From: an uncultured Planctomycetales bacterium
GTDB taxonomy: Bacteria; Omnitrophota; Gorgyraeia; Gygaellales; Profunditerraquicolaceae
Reading direction: 5' to 3'
Length of the DNA stretch: 64,000 bases
Assembly: GCA_964487475.1 (NCBI GenBank)
Contig: CAZAPM010000006.1
Span: 21,702 to 85,701, forward strand
Under the pieces are notes generated by a model. That model searched no databases. It saw nothing but the letters and a program-made list of their open reading frames with translations, and was not told the origin of the DNA. Shown piece by piece: positions 46,776-56,532 of this stretch. How positions within the stretch are numbered: position 1 is the stretch's first letter; every line of letters begins with the position of its first letter. The position numbers and the translations under genes are program-made.

Positions 46776-46801
46776 TAATGCTCCTGCGTGCGTTTATTAT
46801 A

Positions 46802-48094
46802 CTACTTCTTCCCCAGAATATCAGCCAAATCCTTATCCGGAGTGGTGATCAGTTTCAGATCGAAGGCATCCTGCAGCACCTTGAACACCCCCGGAGAGAT
46901 GAATGCGGGAGGTGTCGGGCCGACGCGGATACCCTTGACGCCCAGAGAGAAAAGGGTCAACAGGATCGCCACGGCCTTCTGCTCGAACCAGGAGAGTACA
47001 AAAGAAAGCGGAAGGTCGTTGACCCCGCAGTTGAACACTTTTGCCAGGGCGAGCGCCACCTGGATCCCGGAGTACGCGTTATTGCACTGCCCCAGGTCGA
47101 TCAATCGCGGGATACCGTCGATCTCGCCGAAGTCGAGCTTGTTGAACCGGTACTTGCCGCAGGCGACCGTCAGGATCACGCAATCCTGCGGGACCTTTTC
47201 GGCCAGCTCGGTGTAATAATTACGGCCCGGTTTCGCGCCGTCGCAGCCGCCGATCAGGAAGAACCTCCGGATCTTGCCGGCCTTGACCGCGGCCACGATC
47301 TTATCCGCCAGCCCCAGGATCGCGGTATGATGGAACCCGGTCATGATCTTCTTTCCCGGTGCCTCCGGCAGCGCCGGAAGGGATTTGGCCTTCGCGATCA
47401 CCTCGCTGAAATCACGGCCCTTCAGATGTTTTGCGCCGGGCACTCCGGTGATACCGATGGTATAAAGCCGGTCCAGGTACGTCCCGTCCGGCGGGATCAA
47501 TACGCAGTTGGTGGTGGCGATGAGCGCGCCGGAGAACGCGGCGAACTCCTTCTTCTGCTCCTGCCAGGCTCCCCCGTAATTGCCGGCCAGATGCTTGAAC
47601 TTGCGCAGCTCGGGATATGCGTGCGCCGGAAGCATCTCGCTGTGGGTATAGACATTGATCCCCGTGCCTTCGGTCTGCTTAAGCAGCTCATAGAGGTCCA
47701 GCAGGTCATGCCCGGTTACCAGTATCCCCGGCCCCTTGCGCGTCCCCGTATCCACTGCCACCGGAGAAGGAGCGCCGAAACGAGCCACGTGCGCGGCATC
47801 CAGCATCTCCATGGTCTTCAGGTTCATCTCCCCGCATTTAAGCACCGTCGCCACATGGTCGTTGAGATCGAAGCTCACGTTGGTGATGGTCTTGAAAAGC
47901 GCTTCGTGCATGAAGGCATCCACTTCCTCATTGCGCGCGCCAAGCTCACGGGCATGGAATGCATACGCCGCCATACCTTTGAGGCCGTAGAGCAACGTAT
48001 CCTGCAGGCTCTGAATATCCTCGTTCTTGCCGCACACCCCTACCTTGGTGCACCCCGTTCCCATCGCCGTCTGTTCGCACTGATAGCAAAACAT
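46802..48094 (-). CDS. hcp: Hybrid cluster protein / hydroxylamine reductase (short class)
   Basis: N-terminal MFCYQCEQT ... C cubane motif and a hybrid-cluster domain. 430 aa. Confidence 0.85.
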   Translation of the reverse strand: MFCYQCEQTAMGTGCTKVGVCGKNEDIQSLQDTLLYGLKGMAAYAFHARELGARNEEVDAFMHEALFKTITNVSFDLNDHVATVLKCGEMNLKTMEMLDAAHVARFGAPSPVAVDTGTRKGPGILVTGHDLLDLYELLKQTEGTGINVYTHSEMLPAHAYPELRKFKHLAGNYGGAWQEQKKEFAAFSGALIATTNCVLIPPDGTYLDRLYTIGITGVPGAKHLKGRDFSEVIAKAKSLPALPEAPGKKIMTGFHHTAILGLADKIVAAVKAGKIRRFFLIGGCDGAKPGRNYYTELAEKVPQDCVILTVACGKYRFNKLDFGEIDGIPRLIDLGQCNNAYSGIQVALALAKVFNCGVNDLPLSFVLSWFEQKAVAILLTLFSLGVKGIRVGPTPPAFISPGVFKVLQDAFDLKLITTPDKDLADILGKK

Positions 48095-48098
48095 GATT

Positions 48099-48323
48099 TC
48101 AACCTCCGTTTGGTTTTTTTACCGCGTCTTCGCCGATACATTCCTTCGCCGCCTTGCACCACTGGGTGCAGGAAGGCAATGCTTCCTTCATCACCCGCGC
48201 GCCGCACTCCGGGCAGCGCACGCTTACTTCATCCGAGAACACTTCCACGGCATACCCGCACCCTGAGCACGGCACCGTGGCCGCTTTCAACTTCCGGCGG
48301 TCCTGTCCCGGACATTTACCCAT
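48099..48323 (-). CDS. Small zinc-ribbon protein
   Basis: 74 aa with CSGCG ... CPECG. Confidence 0.4.
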   Translation of the reverse strand: MGKCPGQDRRKLKAATVPCSGCGYAVEVFSDEVSVRCPECGARVMKEALPSCTQWCKAAKECIGEDAVKKPNGG

Positions 48324-49203
48324 CGATCAGCTCCCCCTGGATGGAAACCGTCACCTGCGAGAAGGGGATCTCTTTCCCCGATGCGGCCAGCGCCTCCTCG
48401 ATCACCGGGATCAGCCCGAAACAACAGGGCACTTCCATATGGGCATAAGTGACCGAGCGGATATTGCGATGCGTGAATATCTGGGTAAGCTTCTCCCGGT
48501 ACGCCTGGGTGTTATCGAGCTTGGGGCAGCCCACCACCAGGACCTTGCCTGCCAGCAGACCGCGGTGGAAATCCGGATACGCGAAAGGCACGCAATCCGC
48601 GGCGATCAGGAGGTCCGCGTCCTCCAGGAACGAGGCCATGGGAGACACCAGGTTCAGCTGCACCGGCCAGTGCGTCAACTCCGCGCTCATGGGTGTCCCC
48701 TTCAGGAGCGTCCCTTTTAGGGACGCTCCTGCGGGAGCCACCCCTTTGCGCGCCGCAGCCGGGATCTTCCTCTCCGCGCTTCCCGGACATCCTCCTCCGT
48801 GGCATCCCGCCCCTTCCCCCAGCACTTCCTGAGGGCTTACCTTAATATTACGCTCCTGGAGCACCTCCATCGCTTCGCGCAAATACCCCATCTCATTATG
48901 CTCCTTCAAATGCCTCAAATGCGCGATAATGGTGCCTCGCCCCTGCTTGACAATATTCTCCATGACCTTTCGCTCACTGTAGGGCTCGGCCTCCCGCTCC
49001 TCGATCGTGATCGCACCCTCCGGGCAATGCCCCAGGCACGCTCCCAGGCCGTCGCAGAACAGGTCGCTGACCAGCCTCGCCTTGCCTTCGATCAGCTGAA
49101 TCGCGCCCTCCGGACAGTTCGGGATACACTGCCCGCATCCGTTGCACTTCTCATCGTCAATGCGAATAATCTTGCGCTTTGCCATGGTTATCCTTCCTTG
49201 CAC
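48316..49203 (-). CDS. 4Fe-4S ferredoxin-domain protein with Cys-rich C-terminal domain (hcp-associated)
   Basis: N-terminal CNGCGQCIPNCP and CDGLGACLGHCP. C-terminal CVPF ... GCPKL ... VPCCFG. The interdomain linker is encoded by the palindromic repeat at 48692-48730. Confidence 0.6.
   Translation of the reverse strand: MQGRITMAKRKIIRIDDEKCNGCGQCIPNCPEGAIQLIEGKARLVSDLFCDGLGACLGHCPEGAITIEEREAEPYSERKVMENIVKQGRGTIIAHLRHLKEHNEMGYLREAMEVLQERNIKVSPQEVLGEGAGCHGGGCPGSAERKIPAAARKGVAPAGASLKGTLLKGTPMSAELTHWPVQLNLVSPMASFLEDADLLIAADCVPFAYPDFHRGLLAGKVLVVGCPKLDNTQAYREKLTQIFTHRNIRSVTYAHMEVPCCFGLIPVIEEALAASGKEIPFSQVTVSIQGELIDG
48692..48730. repeat. Second copy of the repeat family, with perfect palindrome AGGAGCGTCCC-TTTT-AGGGACGCTCCT
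   Basis: Shares GGGACGCTCCT(R)AAGGGGACACCC with the copy at 4976. Lies in-frame inside the ferredoxin-like gene. Confidence 0.6.
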
Positions 49204-49592
49204 AATTCCGCCAGCGTCACCTCTTCCAGCTGCCGGCGCACCTGTTCTTCTATCACCGATATTTTCGACCGCAACACGCAGGTCTTCCGGTCAGGGCACA
49301 AATGCTTCTTGAATGCGCACTCGTTGAGCTTAAGCGGCCCCTGGAAGATCCGCATAATATCGGTCAAATGCACCTTCCCGGGGTCTGCCTTGAGCCCGAA
49401 CCCTCCGGACTTGCCCTTATAGGAAAAAAGGATATTCTCCTTCTGCAGCATCTGAAGTATCTTGCGCAGGAAAGGCCTCGGCATAGCCAAAGACTGCACC
49501 AGCTCCGCAGCCGTCACCAGCCCGTCCTTCTTTCGGCCGATATAACAAAGCGCCTTCAGCGCGTAATCCGTATCCCGTGTGATTAATTTCAT
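49188..49592 (-). CDS. Rrf2-family transcriptional regulator (NsrR/IscR-like, 3-Cys)
   Basis: MKLITRDTDYALKAL HTH and CAFKKHLCPDRKTC cluster ligands. Start at the ATG at 49592. Confidence 0.8.
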   Translation of the reverse strand: MKLITRDTDYALKALCYIGRKKDGLVTAAELVQSLAMPRPFLRKILQMLQKENILFSYKGKSGGFGLKADPGKVHLTDIMRIFQGPLKLNECAFKKHLCPDRKTCVLRSKISVIEEQVRRQLEEVTLAELCKEG

Positions 49593-49719
49593 AGTAGTAG
49601 GACGAAGGGGCCTTTTAACGTCGTGCCCAGGACATGCGACTGCAACCTTCCTTACATCGGGCAACAGGCCGCAGCATGAAATCAACTGTGATATCCATGT
49701 CTGCCTCCTTTCATCATAA

Positions 49720-49738
49720 TGATACCATTATTGTATCA
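49720..49738. promoter_or_regulatory. Palindrome TGATAC-N7-GTATCA in the Rrf2-hcp operon upstream region
   Basis: TGATACCATTATTGTATCA read directly. Confidence 0.35.
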
Positions 49739-49771
49739 TTTGTCAAGGATTATTACAAAGTATTTTTTCCT

Positions 49772-52084
49772 TTAATATGCGCCGGGACGGATACGGCGGC
49801 CGAAGACGGTACGGCCGTGCAGCGGGTTGCGGAACTGAGGGGTGTGCGCGTTTCCGTCGGAGTCCCCGCTTCCCGGCCCGGGCTTGGGGACACGGGTGCG
49901 CAGGGCTAATGAATTGAGCACCACGGAAAGGGAGCTCAACGACATGGCGGCTCCGGCCAGGGCCGGATGCAGCAGAAAACCGGTAGCGCGGTAAAGCACG
50001 CCGGCCGCCAGGGGAAGACTGATGACATTGTACAGGAACGCCCAGAAGAGGTTCATCCGGATGGTGCGCATGGTGAGCGCGGAAACCTCGAGCGCCCGCG
50101 GCACCTGCAGCAGCTCGTCGCGGATGAGCACGATATCGGCGGCATCCAGCGCGACATCGATCCCCGAACCCAACGCCACCCCCAGATCCGCCTGGGTCAG
50201 CGCCGGCGCATCATTGATCCCGTCCCCCACGAACGCCACTTTATGCTTCTGCTTCTGAAGGGTGCGGATAGCCTCGATCTTGTCCTGAGGCATGACATTC
50301 GCCAGCACGGTATAGATCCCCAGCTCCTTTGCCACCGCCTTGGCGGTACGCTCGTTATCCCCGGTGACCATCAATACTTCCTTTCCCATCGCCTTGAGGC
50401 GCTTGATGGTCTCGAAAGCGGCGGGATGTATCCTCGCCTGCGCCGAGATCACTCCCAGCAGGGTCGCATCCTTGGCCACGCACACCACTGCCCGGCCCAG
50501 TTCCTCGAACGTCTCGATATCCGCCTTGGCTTTTCCGATGGGGACACCGGATTCCTCCATGAAACGCTCGCTGCCGATCAATACCGTGCCAGTGCCGATC
50601 ACTCCGCGCGCGCCCCTGCCGGGGACTGCGGTAAACCCCTCCACCTCCGAGAGCGATATCTTCCGGGACTTCGCGTACGTCGCGATCGCCTCGGAAAGCG
50701 GATGCTCCGACTTGCTGGCCAGGGACGCCGCCAACCGCAGCAGCTCGCTTTCGCTGTATTGATAAGAGCGCACGTGCACGCTTCCCGGCAGCCGCTCCGT
50801 CAGCGTGCCGGTCTTGTCGAAAAGCACCATGTCGATATCCCGGGCCGCCTCGAGGCTCTGGGCGTTCTTGATGATGATCCCTTCCTTGGCCGCCACTCCC
50901 GTGCCCACCATGACCGCCAAGGGGGTCGCCAGCCCCAACGCACAAGGGCACGCCACCATCAGCATGGAGATCGCCACTTTAACCCCGAACCCGAAAGATT
51001 CACCCGCGCCGGCCACCCACCACCATCCCACGGCACAGGAAAGAAGGAACACTACCGGCACGAAATACGCCGCGACCCGGTCCGCGAACTTCTGCACCGC
51101 AGCCTTGGAGCGCTGCGCCTCTGCGACCAGCTCGATGATCCGGGAAAGCGCGGTCTCCCGGCCGACCCGGGTAGCCTTGAAAGTGAACGCGCCATGGCCG
51201 TTGACCGTGCCCCCGATCACCACGTCATGCTGGTTCTTCTCCACCGGAAGGCTTTCTCCGGTGACCATCGATTCGTCGATCGCGGAAGTGCCGCTGACCA
51301 CGACCCCGTCCACCGGAACCCGTCCTCCCGGCTTGACCGCCACGATATCCCCGACCACCACTTCCTCCACCGGGATCTCGATCTCCTGCCCCTGCCGGAT
51401 AACGAGCGCGGTTTCCGGGCGCAGCGCCAGAAGGTCCTCCATGGCCGCACGGGTACGCTGCAGCGTCCTGGCCTCCAGATATTTCCCCAGAAGGATGAAT
51501 GCGATAAGGAACGCCGCGGTCTCGTAATATAACGGCTGGTGCTTTGCGCCATACACCCCCTGCCACACCTGCACGCTTACCCCCAGGCTATACACCAGCG
51601 CGCTTCCCACGCCCAGCACGATCAGCGTATCCATGGTCGCCCGCCGGAATCTGACCACCGACAACACGCCCTTGACGAAGAAATCCCATCCGCAGGCCAC
51701 TACCGCCAGGGAAAGCACGAACTGCAGGAACACCGAAACATCGGAGTGCGGCGCCAGATGCAGCAAAAGCAGCACCCCGGCCCCGGAAAGCGCGGCAACC
51801 GTCTTTATGCGCACCCCGCGCATCTCCTGCGCCCGGGATTCTCCGACATCCGCGCCCTCCGTCACCGCCTTATACCCCGCCCTGCTCACCGCGCCCTGGA
51901 TACTTTCCGGGGACACGGCATCCGCGTCATACGTCACGGTCAAAGTATGCGCCACGGGATCCACCCGGGCCTGCTGCACGCCGGAGAGTCCCCGCACCGC
52001 CTGTTCGATCACGCCGGCACACGCCACGCAATGCATCCCGGTAACCGCGAACCTGCTTTCGACCTGTCTCATCGCGCCCCCCAT
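49772..52084 (-). CDS. copA: Copper-translocating P1B-type ATPase
   Basis: N-terminal HMA (GMHCVACAG), CPC, DKTGTLT, and GDGINDAP. Confidence 0.9.
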   Translation of the reverse strand: MGGAMRQVESRFAVTGMHCVACAGVIEQAVRGLSGVQQARVDPVAHTLTVTYDADAVSPESIQGAVSRAGYKAVTEGADVGESRAQEMRGVRIKTVAALSGAGVLLLLHLAPHSDVSVFLQFVLSLAVVACGWDFFVKGVLSVVRFRRATMDTLIVLGVGSALVYSLGVSVQVWQGVYGAKHQPLYYETAAFLIAFILLGKYLEARTLQRTRAAMEDLLALRPETALVIRQGQEIEIPVEEVVVGDIVAVKPGGRVPVDGVVVSGTSAIDESMVTGESLPVEKNQHDVVIGGTVNGHGAFTFKATRVGRETALSRIIELVAEAQRSKAAVQKFADRVAAYFVPVVFLLSCAVGWWWVAGAGESFGFGVKVAISMLMVACPCALGLATPLAVMVGTGVAAKEGIIIKNAQSLEAARDIDMVLFDKTGTLTERLPGSVHVRSYQYSESELLRLAASLASKSEHPLSEAIATYAKSRKISLSEVEGFTAVPGRGARGVIGTGTVLIGSERFMEESGVPIGKAKADIETFEELGRAVVCVAKDATLLGVISAQARIHPAAFETIKRLKAMGKEVLMVTGDNERTAKAVAKELGIYTVLANVMPQDKIEAIRTLQKQKHKVAFVGDGINDAPALTQADLGVALGSGIDVALDAADIVLIRDELLQVPRALEVSALTMRTIRMNLFWAFLYNVISLPLAAGVLYRATGFLLHPALAGAAMSLSSLSVVLNSLALRTRVPKPGPGSGDSDGNAHTPQFRNPLHGRTVFGRRIRPGAY

Positions 52085-53349
52085 ATTCCCCAGACAAACG
52101 CTCCCGCCGCTGCCACTGCCACCAGGGTGAACGGCACCCCGATGCGCATGAACTGCGGAAAGGTGACCGGATGCCCGTGTTTTTTAAGCAAGCCGCACGC
52201 CACGATATTCGCCGATGCGCCGATGGGCGTGATATTACCCCCCAGAGAAGCGCCGATCAGCAACCCGAAAAGCAGCACCGGCGCAGGCACTCCCAGCTTC
52301 TCCGCCAGGGAAAGCGCCACCGGCAGCATCGCCGCCAGGAACGGCACGTTATCGATGAACGCGGATAACAGCACCGCTAAAAACACCAGCAGCGCATACG
52401 CCGCCAGAAGGTTGGTCCCCACCACCTGGGCCAGGGATGCCGCAATGACTTCGATCCACCCGGTCTCGGCAATGCTCCCCACGAGAACGAAAACTCCGAT
52501 CAGGAAAAAAGAAGTGTCCCAATCCATTTTCTGTACGCCCTGGCGTATCGACCGCTGGTTCGACCCGCGGTCCCAGGCCAGCGCAACAAACCCGCAGATC
52601 ATGCAGATGATGCCGGCCAGATAGGAAAAACCCTTATCCAGGAAGGAAGAAACCGCCAGGGCCACCACCATTCCCACCAGCAGCACCGTAGGGAACCAGG
52701 AACGCACCTTTTCAGTCGGCACCACTACCGGTTTTTCCCGGTGCTGCCTGAAAAACCAGTACAGCACGAACGCGGAAGCCAGCGCTCCGATCTCAACGGC
52801 GAAGAAGATCCCCGGCTTTCCCTGATAGATAAAAAAATCCCAGAAGGTCATCTTGGCAAACCCGCCTAAAAGCATGCTCGGAGGGTCCCCGATCAGCGTC
52901 GCAGCACCCTGCAAATTGCTGGAAACCGCAATAGAGATCATCAACTGGGAAGGATTGATCTTGAGCTTGCTTGCCATGGCAAACGCGATCGGCGCGACGA
53001 TCAGCACGGTCGCCACATTCTCCACGAACGCGGAGATGAACCCGGTGAGCCCGCACAACGCCAGCATGGCCCACGCCGTGCTGGGCACGCGGTTAACGAT
53101 ACGTTCGGCCATGTACGCCGGCACCCTGCTCTCCATGAAGATATCCGCCACCGCCAGAGTGCCGACGAATATCCCCATCACGTTCCAGTTGATCGCAAGG
53201 AACGTCTCCTGCGGAGTGAGTATCCCGGCCGCGACCAGCAGCGCGCTGCCGGAAAGCGCCACAAGGGTGCGCTTCGCCGGGAACACCACGAACAACACAT
53301 ATGCCAGCACGAATATCGCCATCGCGGCAGCCTGATGCCAATCACCCAT
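52069..53349 (-). CDS. ArsB/NhaD-superfamily anion permease
   Basis: 426 aa polytopic membrane protein with the ArsB/NhaD permease pattern. Confidence 0.7.
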   Translation of the reverse strand: MGDWHQAAAMAIFVLAYVLFVVFPAKRTLVALSGSALLVAAGILTPQETFLAINWNVMGIFVGTLAVADIFMESRVPAYMAERIVNRVPSTAWAMLALCGLTGFISAFVENVATVLIVAPIAFAMASKLKINPSQLMISIAVSSNLQGAATLIGDPPSMLLGGFAKMTFWDFFIYQGKPGIFFAVEIGALASAFVLYWFFRQHREKPVVVPTEKVRSWFPTVLLVGMVVALAVSSFLDKGFSYLAGIICMICGFVALAWDRGSNQRSIRQGVQKMDWDTSFFLIGVFVLVGSIAETGWIEVIAASLAQVVGTNLLAAYALLVFLAVLLSAFIDNVPFLAAMLPVALSLAEKLGVPAPVLLFGLLIGASLGGNITPIGASANIVACGLLKKHGHPVTFPQFMRIGVPFTLVAVAAAGAFVWGIWGAR

Positions 53350-53361
53350 CCCGATCCCTCC

Positions 53362-53943
53362 CTACCAGGTTATCACTCCGAACGCCTCCAGGAACATCAA
53401 CACCCCGAAAAGCACGAATATGCATGCGCAGACTGTCTTGATGGTCCTCTCCGGCAGATGCTTTCCCGCCAGCACTCCCGCGCCGATCGCCACGGCATCG
53501 GCGAGGATCATCCCCGCACTTGCGCCAAGCCACACCCCCAGCAGCGAACGGTACTTCGCTGCCAACGACATGGTGGCCAGCTGGGTCTTATCCCCGAGCT
53601 CCGCCAGAAAAAAGGTCATGGCCACGGTCAGCACCGGAGAAATTCCTCCCTTCGCCGGGCAGCACTTCCCGTCTTCCTTCTGCTTCTCCAGCAACGTCCA
53701 CACCCCGAAGCCGACGAATACCGTCGCGATGATCAGCTTGAGCACCTGCTCCGGGATAAGCAGGCTCAACCGCTCTCCGATCAGCACCGCCAGCAGATTG
53801 ACCGCCGCGATCCCCAGTATCACTCCGGTGACCGCATGCCTGGGCCGGTACGCCGCGGCGCAGGAAAGCGCCAGCAGCTGGGTCTTATCCCCCAGCTCGG
53901 CGAGCAGGACCAGCAAGAACGAAGGCAGGAAACCCGTCATCAC
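53362..53943 (-). CDS. GDT1/TMEM165 (UPF0016) family cation transporter
   Basis: Two E-x-G-D-K-T motifs (ELGDKTQL, twice). Confidence 0.75.
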   Translation of the reverse strand: MMTGFLPSFLLVLLAELGDKTQLLALSCAAAYRPRHAVTGVILGIAAVNLLAVLIGERLSLLIPEQVLKLIIATVFVGFGVWTLLEKQKEDGKCCPAKGGISPVLTVAMTFFLAELGDKTQLATMSLAAKYRSLLGVWLGASAGMILADAVAIGAGVLAGKHLPERTIKTVCACIFVLFGVLMFLEAFGVITW

Positions 53944-54533
53944 CTCACCCCTTTACTTCGGATAAGCCGGGACGCGGTGACAAATACAACCCCGCGGCTT
54001 TTCATCAATGTCATCGCCTTCCGGGAATCCCCGGGTTTCACCTCCACGCCCCGGATCGCATCCCCCAGCACCCTGACCTTCAGCCCGGAGGATACCGCAT
54101 CGAGCGCGGTGAATTTGACGCAATAGTCGGTTGCCAGTCCTGCGATCAGAAGCTCATCGACCCCCAGCACCTTAAGCAATATGGCAAAGGGGATGCCGTC
54201 CTCATCCTGCGCCTGGAACACCGAATAGCTGTCTTTTTTCGGGTCCATCCCTTTGTACAGTTGTATATGCCGGGCCGGGATACGCAGGCGCGGATGGAAT
54301 CGGGCGCCTTTCGTATCCATCACGCAGTGCACCGGCCACGCCCCGCCGTACTTCGAAAAATGCGAGGTCTTTCGCGGATGCCAGTCCCGGCTCAAAAAAA
54401 CCGGCCACCCTTTGGCCTCGGCATACTTTAAGTACCGGTTCAGCACCGGGATGATCTCGTCCCCCCGGGGCACGGACAATGCTCCGCCCGGGCAGAAATC
54501 GTTCTGCACATCCACCGCCAGCAGCGCTTTCAT
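53940..54533 (-). CDS. pncA: Nicotinamidase/isochorismatase-family hydrolase
   Basis: MKALLAVDVQNDF ... catalytic Cys (DYCV). Start at the ATG at 54533. Confidence 0.75.
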   Translation of the reverse strand: MKALLAVDVQNDFCPGGALSVPRGDEIIPVLNRYLKYAEAKGWPVFLSRDWHPRKTSHFSKYGGAWPVHCVMDTKGARFHPRLRIPARHIQLYKGMDPKKDSYSVFQAQDEDGIPFAILLKVLGVDELLIAGLATDYCVKFTALDAVSSGLKVRVLGDAIRGVEVKPGDSRKAMTLMKSRGVVFVTASRLIRSKGVR

Positions 54534-55540
54534 GCGAATACCCCCGGGACCTTCGCCCCGCACCCCGGGCACTTCCCCTCTTTAAGCGTGTTCTTCTCCA
54601 GAGCTATCCCTGCCCTGGTGATCAGGGGAACTCCGCAGGAAGGACAATTCGTGTCATTACCCCAGCCTATGATGTTCCCGGCATACACATAGGCCAGCCC
54701 CGCGTGCCTTCCGATCACCTGCGCACGCTCCAGGGTCTTCTCCGCGGTCGGCTCCCCCTCTTCGAACTTATAATCGGGATGGTAGCGGGAAACGTGCCAG
54801 GGGATATTGGGGCTGATCCCGGCGATGGTGCCGGCGATCTTCTCTAAGGCCTTCGGCTGATCGTTCTCCCCGGGGATGACCAGCGTGGTCACTTCAACCC
54901 ACACTCCGGCCCGGTGCATCCTGCCGATCGAATCCACTACCGGCGAAAACTTACCCCCGCAGTGCTTCAGATACTGCTCGTCATCGCTGAATTTAAGGTC
55001 CACGTTGGCGGCATCCATGAACGGCAGCGCCTCTTCCAGCGCCTCCGGGGTCATATACCCGTTCGTGACAAATACGTTCTTTATCCCCGCTTCCTTCGCC
55101 TGAGCCGCCACGTCCAGCGCATACTCGAGATATATGGTCGGCTCGGTATAGGTATAGGCGATACTGGCGCACCCGCTTTCCCTGGCAGCGCGCACCACCT
55201 CGGGAACAGGGACCTCCTCGTTCTCCAGGGGGCCTTCCCGCGCCGAAACCTGGGAGATCTCCCAATTCTGGCAGAATCCGCAGCGGAAGTTACACCCGAT
55301 GGTCGCGATGGAAAAACTCCGGCTCCCCGGCAGAAAATGATACAGCGGCTTCTTCTCGATCGGGTCGATGTTGGCGGCGATGAGCTTGCCGTAGGTGTGC
55401 GTATAAAGCCTGCCTGCCCGTGCCTGCCTGACCCCGCAGAACCCGAACTGCTGATCGAGGATCCGGCAGCGATGACAGCACAAATGACAGGAAATTTCGC
55501 CGGATCCACCTGCCGGCGTAAAGAACCGGGCCTCTTTCAT
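54530..55540 (-). CDS. AmmeMemoRadiSam-system radical SAM enzyme (PflA-like)
   Basis: N-terminal Cys cluster CHLCCHRC and radical SAM CNFRCGFC. 336 aa. No AMMECR1 or Memo partner lies adjacent. Confidence 0.65.
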   Translation of the reverse strand: MKEARFFTPAGGSGEISCHLCCHRCRILDQQFGFCGVRQARAGRLYTHTYGKLIAANIDPIEKKPLYHFLPGSRSFSIATIGCNFRCGFCQNWEISQVSAREGPLENEEVPVPEVVRAARESGCASIAYTYTEPTIYLEYALDVAAQAKEAGIKNVFVTNGYMTPEALEEALPFMDAANVDLKFSDDEQYLKHCGGKFSPVVDSIGRMHRAGVWVEVTTLVIPGENDQPKALEKIAGTIAGISPNIPWHVSRYHPDYKFEEGEPTAEKTLERAQVIGRHAGLAYVYAGNIIGWGNDTNCPSCGVPLITRAGIALEKNTLKEGKCPGCGAKVPGVFA

Positions 55541-55558
55541 CGGACACGCCTCTGCATA

Positions 55559-56527
55559 CTATATCCTCTGCCGCTCCACCACATCTTCGGACACTTTCTG
55601 CGCTTCGAGCCGCATCTCCTCCGAAGGCAGATGACGGCAGACGATCTCTATCCGCGCTCCGGCGCGCTCGTCGCAATAGGAGCGCACGATACCGGCGGCC
55701 AGCGCGATCTCCTCTTCGCCGAAGCTCCCCCGGCCCAACGCCGATGGCCCGGCGGTTTCCGCGTCGGGAAGGAACAGCCAGTCCCCGGGCAAGGCCTGCG
55801 CCTCCAGGGCCAGACTTTCCTTTTCGTTACGCCCCACCACCAGCTTCGCCTGGGCGCTGACCCTGAAATGACGGCCGGTCTTCAGCAGCCGCGCATTCTC
55901 CAGCGTAAGGGCGTTCCTCTCCCGCAAGTCTTTGATACGCCGGGCGAAGGACGGATCGGTCAGCAGGCAGCCGCCCGCGGGCTGCGCATACTGCGTCAAT
56001 CCCAGCTCCTCGGCCAGGGCAAATTGCGGCTTGCGGGATCGGCCGTTAAAAGACAATAATTTATCCCGGGATATCCATCCCTGCGTTTCCGCGAGGGTCG
56101 CCGGAAGGAGCTTTCCCGAAAGAGGCCGCAGGAGCAGCCCTTCCACCCCGGCGCGCCTGGCGATCAGATCCAATGACTGGCGCTGTTGAGACATCGGCCG
56201 CTGGCCGAGCACTTCCCCCGTCACCAGGAAATGCGCCCCCCACGGCTCCAGCAGCGCCTTGGCCTTGGAGAGCATCAATATCTTGCAGTCGATGCACGGA
56301 TTCATGTTCGAGCCGAACCCGTACCGGGGGTTTCCCATCATCACGAGGAACTCCGCGCTGATATCGGCATAACGCACTTCGATGCCGATATCCGGCAGGG
56401 GCTTGGCCGACCGGATGTAGAAAGGCATGTCGAACTTGACGCCGATGACCTCGCAGCCGGCGCGCTGCACCACTTTCGCCGCGAGGATGCTGTCCAGTCC
56501 GCCGGATAACAACGCCAGTGCGCGCAT
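55559..56527 (-). CDS. PP-loop ATPase, divergent MnmA/TrmU-like tRNA thiolation family
   Basis: LLSGGLDS, NPCIDCK, and a GGCLLTD putative catalytic Cys. Confidence 0.5.
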   Translation of the reverse strand: MRALALLSGGLDSILAAKVVQRAGCEVIGVKFDMPFYIRSAKPLPDIGIEVRYADISAEFLVMMGNPRYGFGSNMNPCIDCKILMLSKAKALLEPWGAHFLVTGEVLGQRPMSQQRQSLDLIARRAGVEGLLLRPLSGKLLPATLAETQGWISRDKLLSFNGRSRKPQFALAEELGLTQYAQPAGGCLLTDPSFARRIKDLRERNALTLENARLLKTGRHFRVSAQAKLVVGRNEKESLALEAQALPGDWLFLPDAETAGPSALGRGSFGEEEIALAAGIVRSYCDERAGARIEIVCRHLPSEEMRLEAQKVSEDVVERQRI

Positions 56528-56532
56528 AAGGC

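Noticed and set aside
46778-48448. 556-aa plus-strand ORF
   Set aside because: It is antisense to hcp. It has no motifs.
49967-51532. 521-aa plus-strand ORF
   Set aside because: It is antisense to copA.
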